From a virus (Duplodnaviria; Heunggongvirae; Uroviricota; Caudoviricetes): a stretch of DNA of 21,586 nt. Under the pieces are notes generated by a model. It made no database searches, had not been told where the DNA came from, and saw nothing but the letters and a program-made list of their open reading frames with translations. The stretch is taken from positions 1-21,586 of the IMG/VR virus record IMGVR_UViG_3300032163_000007; one strand, written 5' to 3'. How positions within the stretch are numbered: position 1 is the first letter of the stretch; the number at the start of each line of letters is the position of its first letter. Shown here piece after piece: positions 1 through 7,926 of this stretch. A program made the translations under genes and the position numbers.

Positions 1-569
1 TGTCGGTATCTCAAAGTACCTTAGAAGCATCCTTAAAGGAGTTTTTCCAACACAATGTGGGTCTGGGGTCGACTTCAGACTTAGACGCGCTTTACGACGA
101 TATAGCGCAGCGCTTTGCAGAGGTTATAGACGACTACGTAAAGACTTCATCAGACTCTGTGGGTAACTCTTGCTTGGGAGGTAGTGTCAGTACTCTTAAG
201 GGACTATTCAAAACACTGTTCAAAAACTCTACTACTGCTGCCTACTTTGCAACAAACTTTGACCTAGCCCTTACTACATATGCAGCAGCGATTCTATTCT
301 CCTTTTCATTTGTGCCTTTAGATGGTGTTTTTGGCACCGGTGTGTCAAACGCAGTTATACCGGCTCCTGCGGGGGTTGCTGGAGCACTCTTAGCAGAGCT
401 GGGAGCAGACTATTCGCCCTATGCTAACCTCGACACATATCTTAGTCAAAAGGTCAGTGCTATCAGCAGTATCATAACAGGCTTCGTGAAGTCCCGTACT
501 ACTTTAATAGCGTACTTTATACCTGGAACTCCTCTAGTACCAGCTGTTGCTACATTAACTGTTAGTTAG
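1..569 (+). CDS. Baseplate-associated hypothetical structural protein (5' end at the window edge)
   Basis: The frame of ORF 57..569 is open back to position 3 (SVSQSTLEASLKEFFQHN-V...). Positions 1-2 are 'TG', consistent with an ATG cut by the window edge. It has two copies of an 'A/S..I..[YF]VK[ST]' motif (FAEVIDDYVKTS; ISSIITGFVKSR) that I associate with small myophage baseplate proteins. Confidence 0.6.
   Translation, partial: SVSQSTLEASLKEFFQHNVGLGSTSDLDALYDDIAQRFAEVIDDYVKTSSDSVGNSCLGGSVSTLKGLFKTLFKNSTTAAYFATNFDLALTTYAAAILFSFSFVPLDGVFGTGVSNAVIPAPAGVAGALLAELGADYSPYANLDTYLSQKVSAISSIITGFVKSRTTLIAYFIPGTPLVPAVATLTVS
141..158 (+). repeat. 18-bp exact direct repeat AAGACTTCATCAGACTCT (copy 1)
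   Basis: Identical sequence at 5160-5177. Both copies are read in frame as KTSSDS. Confidence 0.85.
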
Positions 570-578
570 GCGTGTGCT

Positions 579-590
579 GGATGATAATTA
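579..590 (+). promoter_or_regulatory. Candidate phage late-promoter element GGATGATAATTA (copy 1)
   Basis: The same 12-mer occurs in the intergenic gap at 5802-5813. Both copies precede an RBS of a structural gene. Confidence 0.45.
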
Positions 591-614
591 AACAGACCTT
601 AAAGGAGAGATATC

Positions 615-1895
615 GTGGTTAGCGCAGACATCCAACAAAAAATCGACAGCCAGAGCGAATTCTATCTATCCTCGATGTCAACCCTAGGATCTCTGGGACT
701 AAATAAGATGTCCCTACAGATAGTAGATTTTCTAAACAAGCTAACAGACCCAGATGTGGTTTACTTTTTTAGAGGATCTCCTGATGATCAGATCATGTCT
801 ATTCCATCGAAATCGTCAGTCACTCAAACTCGAGGGGGCTTTTGGGTGGAGGATTTTGGATTAGGAGCTAACGAGATAAAGTTATCAGGTACCACAGGGT
901 ATAAGAGGATGTCTTTAAATGGAAAGCAGCAAGATGGTAAGGAAAACTTTGAGCAGCTTCTAATGATATACCAGAAATACAATGATATTAGAAGGGAGCG
1001 ACGAGATGCCGTTCCTAGTGTAGATGATCCTAGAGCTATTGTGCTAGTCCTTTCCATAGGTATAGATGATAAGACTCTTATAGTACACCCAACAAACTTC
1101 GTAATTAAAAAGTCTAAGAGTCAGCCTCTACTCTATTACTATGATATATCGTTTGTAGTATTAGGAGACTATGCTACCTACCGGTACGCAGGTAGAACAT
1201 ACGATCCCCTAGCCTCCAAGATATATGATGGAGAGGCTCGAAGAAGCTTAATTGCTTCTGCGATGGATGGCATTATGAAAGGCATTATGACCTATCCTGA
1301 CAGCCTTAGAAGTCCTGAGTTGACAAGTAAGCTGTCTGAGGTACCTAGCCTGGGTACCGCAATTGATAAAACAAAGAAGAGTGCTACTATAGGAGTGGGT
1401 AACTTGACTGAAGGTGGAAAAGTGACAACTGAGCAGGTATCTTCGGAGAGCTTAAAGGTACTTGTTTATACTATGCCACGTAATGCAGCTTCTGCGAACG
1501 ACCCAATAAATAAAAAGGTGTTGAGTCGTGGTCAGTTAAATGTACTCACTTACGAGAAAAGCAAAACTAGCTTGCAAGGCCTAAATCTTTCTGAGTTTAA
1601 CGCAGAGAGTCCAAAGAGTAAGCAGAAATGGACTACAAATGGCGTGAAAGACTTCGTAGGTGGGCTAGGAGGAGCTATCTCTGGAATGACCGCCGCAATA
1701 AACACGGGGGCCTCTGTCGCAAAGAACGAGATGGGAGCCACTTTTGGAATTATACGTACAGCGCGGCAGCTCCAGACTTGTGTAATGTCCCTGATCAAGT
1801 ATCCAGAGCTCTTTACACAGTCTCTAGAGAATAAGTTTAATCAGGCTATAAGTTCTCAGAGTGGATGCTCTACTACGTTAGGATTGGAAATATAA
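615..1895 (+). CDS. Baseplate/tail structural protein resembling the conserved Twort/K/SPO1-like baseplate protein that precedes the wedge genes
   Basis: GTG start with AAAGGAG RBS (601-607). Motifs 'VTQTRGGFWVEDFG...IKLSGTTGYK' and 'KKSKSQPLLYYYDISFVVLG' match the recalled pattern 'KT....IED[FY]G....I..[ST]GTTG[FY]...S...PLL[FY].Y.I.[LF]VV[IL]G'. Position in the baseplate cluster. Confidence 0.7.
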   Translation: MVSADIQQKIDSQSEFYLSSMSTLGSLGLNKMSLQIVDFLNKLTDPDVVYFFRGSPDDQIMSIPSKSSVTQTRGGFWVEDFGLGANEIKLSGTTGYKRMSLNGKQQDGKENFEQLLMIYQKYNDIRRERRDAVPSVDDPRAIVLVLSIGIDDKTLIVHPTNFVIKKSKSQPLLYYYDISFVVLGDYATYRYAGRTYDPLASKIYDGEARRSLIASAMDGIMKGIMTYPDSLRSPELTSKLSEVPSLGTAIDKTKKSATIGVGNLTEGGKVTTEQVSSESLKVLVYTMPRNAASANDPINKKVLSRGQLNVLTYEKSKTSLQGLNLSEFNAESPKSKQKWTTNGVKDFVGGLGGAISGMTAAINTGASVAKNEMGATFGIIRTARQLQTCVMSLIKYPELFTQSLENKFNQAISSQSGCSTTLGLEI

Positions 1896-3361
1896 TGCTA
1901 GCGACAGTTTCAAGATATATCGTTAAAGCGGGGGATACACTCCCAAGTATAGCAAAAGAGGTTTATGGAGATCCTGCGACCTGGTCACGAATAGCTCAGT
2001 TTAACCAGCTGGACTACCCATATATAGCGGTAGAGGATACTAGTGCAAGAGCTAGGGGGTATGTTACAGTATATAGAGATCCCACATATCTTACGGAAAA
2101 TCCTCTTGACGACATAGTGATTCCCAGCAACACCATGTTTACTGCTAGCTCAGATGGGGGTACTAAGACCTACGAGCTACAGACAAAAGCTAGTGTGACT
2201 TTCGTTAGCTGGTTACCTCTGATAGAATTACCTATTGTATGCACAAGTTATGGTATATTTGGGGAAACCCCAGCATCCACCATTGTAGCTCTCTCTACCC
2301 CTATAAGTAAGGTTAGTTCTATTATAAATAGCGAGCCTGTAACTTTGTACCCTACATATATAAGGGCAGTGGGAGAGATAGACGTTTCAATAATAGGGAC
2401 ACCTCCAACAACATTCAATCAAGGAATGATCCTCTCAACAACCTACTCGCAAAACACCCAGACGGACATTAGATACTATCAAGTTACAGAGGATGTAGTA
2501 GGAGGTACTACGAATACTCTGCCTGTGCGTGCGATGGAATCGGGAAATGTTGGAAACGTACCTCCTGACTCCATAAATACAATCAACTTCTACACGCCAC
2601 AAATAAAGGTTGCTTCTATTGACGCAACGCATAAAAAGGTGTATCTTACATCAAATAAACATGGAATTACAGCAGGTAGTAGCTTTAGGTTAGCAGAAAC
2701 CCTAGGCAACGATGGAGTATACTTGTGTGCAAGTGTAAGTTTAGATGGTAGTACCATCACTCTCAATTCTGCAGGTGGTGATTTGATCACACCAGAGAGT
2801 GATAACGGCACAATACAAAAAATGCCCTCCTTTATGGAGTATGTCGCCAGCGTAAGTAACGCAGATGCTATCTCCAATGGTGTTATTTTAAAGGTTGCAG
2901 CATTAGGGAATATTCTTTATATTCCCGCTATGAGTGCTACGACTAATACACCACCATCAGAGCTTGAGGCAGATGTGTACATTCGTAGGCTTAAGCAAGA
3001 TATCTTTTTAGACCCTGATGGAGATATTGCGATAGATGTAACGGGGGATATTCGAGTGGTAGAAGGTTTATCCAATATAGAGCAAGCTCTTCGGATAAGG
3101 CTATCTAGTAACGTTGGATCCCTAACGCATCACCCAGAGTATGGATCCCTTGTACACAGATTTATAGGGAGCTTAGGGAATGCAATTAATCTTATGATAA
3201 TTAAAAAAGAAATTATTAGAACGCTTCGTGCAGAAGAGAGAGTAGCAAGAATAGATGATGTGCGGCTAACTTTTGCGAACAGAACCTTAGACATCCGCAT
3301 ATACGCTACAATCATAGGTAGTGATGATATCCAGAATATAGCGTTTTCAATAAATCCCTAG
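1895..3361 (+). CDS. LysM domain / baseplate-J-like beta domains / gp25 (gpW-like) baseplate wedge fusion protein
   Basis: The likely start is ATG 1895 (TAATG overlap with the upstream stop) rather than 1865. N-terminal LysM: YIVKAGDTLPSIAKEVYGDPATWSRIAQFNQL. C-terminal gp25-like: GDIRVVEGLSNIEQALRIRLSSNVGSLTHHPEYGS...IIRTLRAEERVARIDDV. Confidence 0.85.
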   Translation: MLATVSRYIVKAGDTLPSIAKEVYGDPATWSRIAQFNQLDYPYIAVEDTSARARGYVTVYRDPTYLTENPLDDIVIPSNTMFTASSDGGTKTYELQTKASVTFVSWLPLIELPIVCTSYGIFGETPASTIVALSTPISKVSSIINSEPVTLYPTYIRAVGEIDVSIIGTPPTTFNQGMILSTTYSQNTQTDIRYYQVTEDVVGGTTNTLPVRAMESGNVGNVPPDSINTINFYTPQIKVASIDATHKKVYLTSNKHGITAGSSFRLAETLGNDGVYLCASVSLDGSTITLNSAGGDLITPESDNGTIQKMPSFMEYVASVSNADAISNGVILKVAALGNILYIPAMSATTNTPPSELEADVYIRRLKQDIFLDPDGDIAIDVTGDIRVVEGLSNIEQALRIRLSSNVGSLTHHPEYGSLVHRFIGSLGNAINLMIIKKEIIRTLRAEERVARIDDVRLTFANRTLDIRIYATIIGSDDIQNIAFSINP

Positions 3362-3370
3362 GAGGAATAG

Positions 3371-4756
3371 ATGGCTTTTACTATTAAGAACTTTGAGCAG
3401 ATATCCTACAGTATGATTAACTGGATGCATAATGCTGCTCCCAATATATCAGACTTTTTTGTAGGTAGCGTAGTAAGGACTCTTTTAGAGTCTGTTGCGA
3501 TGGAGTTAGATGAAATTTATTGGAGGACTTACAACTCTCTTACGGAAGCACAGTCAGAGGGTGTGTATAGTGCATTCGACTTTCCAAGAGAGCCTGCGAA
3601 AGAGGCGACAGGGTTTGTTACACTGATTGCAACAAGCTCTGGATCAGACATATCTATTCCAGCAGGTACAACATTTAACACTCAGGGGTCTGAGAATAAT
3701 CCAGAGGTTCTGTTTAAGTCTATGGCCTCCACATTCTTATACAGAGGCACAGGTGTAACAGAGCAGATATTATTCCACGCAGGTACTACGGCGTATGCTC
3801 CAGCGCAGAGACGTGTAAACACAGGAGTAGCTACTACCATGTTCGCTCACTCTGCGGGATTATTCCAAGAGCTACTTGAAGGAACTGACTACACTATAGA
3901 CACTACCAGCTCCACACAGAACTATATCGTGTTTACCAATACGATTCTCGTAGATGACAGCACATACTTTACATTTACATATACACCTCTTAGTGCGGAG
4001 GTTCAAATTATATGCACACAGACGGGGGAAGTTGGTAATGTCGGAGCAGGTACTATTACAAGTATGAAGTCACCTATTACAGGAGTTGCTTCACAGTATA
4101 ACTATGAGTCTTTTTCTAGTGGGGCAGGAGTGGAGTCGGATAGTGCTAGAAAGAGCCGATTTTCCTTATTTATTGGAGGATTATCCCGTGGGACTCTTGA
4201 TGCACTTAACTACGCGATATTTTACAGAACAACACAGTTTAAAGTATTCTCAGCGTTTATCCAAGAGAACTCCCCCATTCCCGGGTTTATTAAAATATAC
4301 ATCGCCGATAGTACTGGGTTTGCAAGCGATGCTATGAAGGCAGATGTTTTGGCAGCTATTGAGCCATATAGGGGTGCAGGAATTATTATAAACGTGGATA
4401 GTCCCACTAAAGTTCTTATAGATGTGGAGTGTAAGTTAAGGCTTAAAAATGGGTTCAATAAAGACATCATTATAGCCCAAGTCGGATCGGCTTTAAGTGA
4501 TCACTTGAGCAAGTATAGTTACTTAGATAATGGGGACTACTCTACCGTGTACCTCACTAATTTAGACTATATAGTAAAGGGTATGCGTCCCGAGGCCATT
4601 ATTGAGGCAGACATATCCTTTAAGAGGCAGACCGATGCTTGGTTAAATCCAGGTGACCCACTCACTCCTAGGCTAATTGAGGATATCATCCCAATTACAA
4701 ACGGTACAATTGCGGAGATATTTAGACCTGGTACTATTGGAGTTACCTCTTGGTAG
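3371..4756 (+). CDS. Baseplate J-like (gp6-like) wedge protein
   Basis: GGAGGA RBS at 3361-3366. Motifs 'DFFVGSVVRTLLESVA', 'ISIPAGT', 'CTQTGEVGNVGAGTI', 'GAGVESDSARKSRF...LSRGTLDAL', 'IEPYRGAGI'. Confidence 0.92.
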   Translation: MAFTIKNFEQISYSMINWMHNAAPNISDFFVGSVVRTLLESVAMELDEIYWRTYNSLTEAQSEGVYSAFDFPREPAKEATGFVTLIATSSGSDISIPAGTTFNTQGSENNPEVLFKSMASTFLYRGTGVTEQILFHAGTTAYAPAQRRVNTGVATTMFAHSAGLFQELLEGTDYTIDTTSSTQNYIVFTNTILVDDSTYFTFTYTPLSAEVQIICTQTGEVGNVGAGTITSMKSPITGVASQYNYESFSSGAGVESDSARKSRFSLFIGGLSRGTLDALNYAIFYRTTQFKVFSAFIQENSPIPGFIKIYIADSTGFASDAMKADVLAAIEPYRGAGIIINVDSPTKVLIDVECKLRLKNGFNKDIIIAQVGSALSDHLSKYSYLDNGDYSTVYLTNLDYIVKGMRPEAIIEADISFKRQTDAWLNPGDPLTPRLIEDIIPITNGTIAEIFRPGTIGVTSW

Positions 4757-4760
4757 GCTC

Positions 4761-5795
4761 ATGTCTATAGCATATGAAATTAAGAATATTCTGGGGTTTG
4801 CAGGGGAAGGCGAAGCTACTCTAGTTTGGGGAGAGCCTTTAGACTCTGACAACGTAACAAACTATTTTTATAATAGGTATGATGCCGTAGGAGGCAACTC
4901 GGGATGGATTCCTCTGGGCAGTAAAGAAGTCCTTAAGTCTATAAACTTAGGTGGTGCTGGTGCAAACTTCCTCTTATATAAGTTTAATAATCTTACCAAT
5001 GACACAGTGTATACTTATAGGATAGCAGCAGCCTCTCTCGGCTCTTCTGACATATTTTTAGATGCAAACTGTATAAGTACATACATAACCCCTTCTAGTA
5101 TAAAGAATGGGGAACCTTCTCCTGAGAGGTTGATGCGAGGCCTAGACACCAGTATCTTTAAGACTTCATCAGACTCTACTTTGTACAAAATATTTTATAT
5201 CCTAGCTATACACATAAGAGACTTCTACCTTGATTTAGGTAATGAGGCGCTGCCCCAATTAAATATATTAACAAGCACCGGAGAGTACGTTGACAACTGG
5301 GGATTTCTCTTTGGAATGAATAGGCAGCGTTTCGAGCCGGATCAGATTTATGCTGCACGTATTGTTAAAGGGATCCTAATAGAGAAGTGCACTCCTCAAG
5401 GCATTATTAAGGCTTTGACCCCTTATTCAGTAGTAGGAGTACCTGTTCAAGTAATTGATGGATCCAAAGATTACACTAGGTTTGTTTTTGATGCCTCTGT
5501 TTTGGGGGGACCTCCTACAGCTGATGGAGTCAGTCTTGATTTCGATCCTTATGCAATAGCGGGGTATATTCCAGGAACACCTGTTGGTTTTGTGGAGGAT
5601 GGTGTCTTGACTTATTCTCCACTCTTTGGAGACACTTTTGGTGGTATTGGTCTTGACAGCTTTAGTTTCATAGTAAGGCTCAGACCTATTGCTATAGGAT
5701 CTCCAGCTACTACAGCCAACACCCTAAGCATAGTATCCGAGATACTTCGAAAGTACCATATGGCAGGAACATCGTTTGAAATACAGACTATTTAG
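4761..5795 (+). CDS. Baseplate wedge protein (gpI/gp7-like, DUF2313-like) with N-terminal fibronectin type III domain
   Basis: The likely start is ATG 4761, 4 nt after the baseplate J stop. FN3 pattern: 'AGEGEATLVWGEP...Y...W...FNNLTNDTVYTYRIAA'. gpI-like motif: 'TSTGEYVDNWGFLFGMNRQRFEPDQIYAARI'. It follows baseplate J as in P2-type J-I order. Confidence 0.75.
   Translation: MSIAYEIKNILGFAGEGEATLVWGEPLDSDNVTNYFYNRYDAVGGNSGWIPLGSKEVLKSINLGGAGANFLLYKFNNLTNDTVYTYRIAAASLGSSDIFLDANCISTYITPSSIKNGEPSPERLMRGLDTSIFKTSSDSTLYKIFYILAIHIRDFYLDLGNEALPQLNILTSTGEYVDNWGFLFGMNRQRFEPDQIYAARIVKGILIEKCTPQGIIKALTPYSVVGVPVQVIDGSKDYTRFVFDASVLGGPPTADGVSLDFDPYAIAGYIPGTPVGFVEDGVLTYSPLFGDTFGGIGLDSFSFIVRLRPIAIGSPATTANTLSIVSEILRKYHMAGTSFEIQTI
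5160..5177 (+). repeat. 18-bp exact direct repeat AAGACTTCATCAGACTCT (copy 2)
   Basis: Identical to 141-158. Confidence 0.85.
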
Positions 5796-5801
5796 AATAT
5801 A

Positions 5802-5813
5802 GGATGATAATTA
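5802..5813 (+). promoter_or_regulatory. Candidate phage late-promoter element GGATGATAATTA (copy 2)
   Basis: Identical to 579-590. Lies in the 34-nt gap before the fibre gene. Confidence 0.45.
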
Positions 5814-5829
5814 GGAAAGAGGATATTTA

Positions 5830-7917
5830 ATGACGAAAAATTGGCCAATTGATAGTAACCACTTTAACAATAGTGGTAATGTTTATAGTCTTAGACGCAA
5901 GTATTTTTTTAGTGATAAGAACACAGATACATTTGATGTAAATAATCACTTCTCTAGATCTGCTTACTCTCTACAAAACTTCTCCTCTATTCGAGAAGGT
6001 CTTGACTTCCGTGTGGCTACTTCAAGTTCCGTATCCTTTGGATTTGGCTCATTCATGCACTGCGTGGATGGGAGTGTATTTAGTCAACCCATAAAAAATA
6101 TAAGCAACGTGGGATACCTATCCAGTGTGGATCATAACAGTAGCACAATACACGTAGGTCCCCTATATGATGTGCCTATGCAGTCTTACGACAATACGAA
6201 AGTATTTGCATTTCACTCCCTAGTAGGACTATCTACGTACCCTGCAGGGATGTCTGATCCTGTTTACGGAACAGTGACGGTAGATAATCCAGCAGTATAT
6301 TTGGCTTCAGATTTTGGTAATGATCAGGATTATCGCACTCCTTATATAAGTGTTACTCCGTTCGTGGCAAATCAAATTAACATGTCCGGTCTAACTGCAG
6401 GTGCTAACTATGATCTATATGTAGACTACACACCAGATGTAACGGCTACTTGGGATGCCATTCCCAATCAGAACTACACGGTAGCTAGTGGGGGTTCAAC
6501 AACAATACTCAAAGCCAGCGCTTCTACTTTCCTTCCGGGAGACATTGGCAAATGGGTAACCATTCGTACAGGGACTTACGCAGGGAAAAAGAGACAGATC
6601 GTATATTACATAGACAATCAGCATGTAGAGATAGAGGCGTTACCTGGTATACCAGCTGACGGAGTTCTGTTTTATGTGCATAGAGGTCAAGCACTACTCC
6701 CCACTCTCGCTAATAGTCCCCGATATGATGTTATAGGTATTAAGAAGAAAACATATGAAGTAAAAAAGAATGTTCAAGGCGTAGACTCAACAGGAATGCC
6801 TACTGTAGCTCCAGAGACTGCAAGATACTTCTCAACTTTCCAATTAGTGGTACAAGAGGGAGTCATACCTGTAGATGGTGGAGCTTCTATCAGTCCTTCA
6901 ACTCCTCTAGGATACCTCACTGCCGGTGACTTTATTCCTCTGGGTCTAGTTATTGCCACCAACACAGGTATAACTTTCATAAACCAAAAATTCCCTTGGA
7001 TATCCATGTTTAGAGAGCGCGGTCTTCAAACAGCCAACCTTCTTGCAAATAGCAGCTTTGAGACATGGCCTTCAACAAATCCGGATAGATGGACAGCGGT
7101 AGCAGGAGCTACTATTACTAAGGGGACACCTAGAATAGGTAGTAACTCAGCAAAAATTGTCACTACAAGCGCTCAGAACTGTATGTTCCAAACTGGTAGC
7201 CTTTCTCAAGTGGGTATTCATGTGGGAGACTGTATCTTGTTTAGCGCTTGGATGAATTCAACTGTAGTGCTTCCTGTGGGAAGGCTCCGTATGGTAATCA
7301 CCAGTAACTCCAGTAATAGCGATGCAGGTGCAGTTAAACTAGATATACATTCCAGTGATAGTATTAAATATGATGCTAACAGCAGCGGTTTTACCACGGT
7401 TACTTGTCGCGCTAGTATCCCAGTAGATGCTGGGATCGTTCCCACCGATTATATATTCTTTTACATAGAGGCATTACAAACTACAGGAGCTGGGTACTTT
7501 CAGGTAGATGACTGTGTAGCTTTTAAAATAGGTAGTATGTATAATGGTATGTATACTGCTAGCAGCGGTTCTGCTACCCTATTAACGGGAGACGTAATTG
7601 TAGCTGGGGATCTCTCGGCAAACGCCATCTCTGCTGCAAAAGATCTAACTGCCAATAATTTCCACTCTTATACAGGAACATTATCTGCAGGTGGTAACTG
7701 GCTTCCATTAGGAACTTATTTTTATCAGGATATCACAGGGATTTATGGGTCATCTCCCTCTAAGCGAAATGCCTTCATTCCCTCTTTTGTGGATAGTGCA
7801 ACAAATAAGGTAGTAGAAGTTCACGACATAGAAACAACTGACGCTAATGGTAATACAATCAGAGTATGGGTAACGGATAACACTAAGACCCTTATTTACA
7901 CAATAATTAAGGTATAG
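5830..7917 (+). CDS. Tail fibre / receptor-binding protein with a carbohydrate-binding-module-like domain
   Basis: Follows the wedge genes. Fibre-anchor-like motif 'NSPRYDVIG...VVQEG...PSTP...IPLGLV'. CBM4/9-like jelly roll 'NLLANSSFETW...LFSAW...FQVDD' (7036-7530). Beta-helix-like linker 'GDVIVAGDLSANAISA'. Confidence 0.7.
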   Translation: MTKNWPIDSNHFNNSGNVYSLRRKYFFSDKNTDTFDVNNHFSRSAYSLQNFSSIREGLDFRVATSSSVSFGFGSFMHCVDGSVFSQPIKNISNVGYLSSVDHNSSTIHVGPLYDVPMQSYDNTKVFAFHSLVGLSTYPAGMSDPVYGTVTVDNPAVYLASDFGNDQDYRTPYISVTPFVANQINMSGLTAGANYDLYVDYTPDVTATWDAIPNQNYTVASGGSTTILKASASTFLPGDIGKWVTIRTGTYAGKKRQIVYYIDNQHVEIEALPGIPADGVLFYVHRGQALLPTLANSPRYDVIGIKKKTYEVKKNVQGVDSTGMPTVAPETARYFSTFQLVVQEGVIPVDGGASISPSTPLGYLTAGDFIPLGLVIATNTGITFINQKFPWISMFRERGLQTANLLANSSFETWPSTNPDRWTAVAGATITKGTPRIGSNSAKIVTTSAQNCMFQTGSLSQVGIHVGDCILFSAWMNSTVVLPVGRLRMVITSNSSNSDAGAVKLDIHSSDSIKYDANSSGFTTVTCRASIPVDAGIVPTDYIFFYIEALQTTGAGYFQVDDCVAFKIGSMYNGMYTASSGSATLLTGDVIVAGDLSANAISAAKDLTANNFHSYTGTLSAGGNWLPLGTYFYQDITGIYGSSPSKRNAFIPSFVDSATNKVVEVHDIETTDANGNTIRVWVTDNTKTLIYTIIKV

Positions 7918-7926
7918 GAGTAATAA

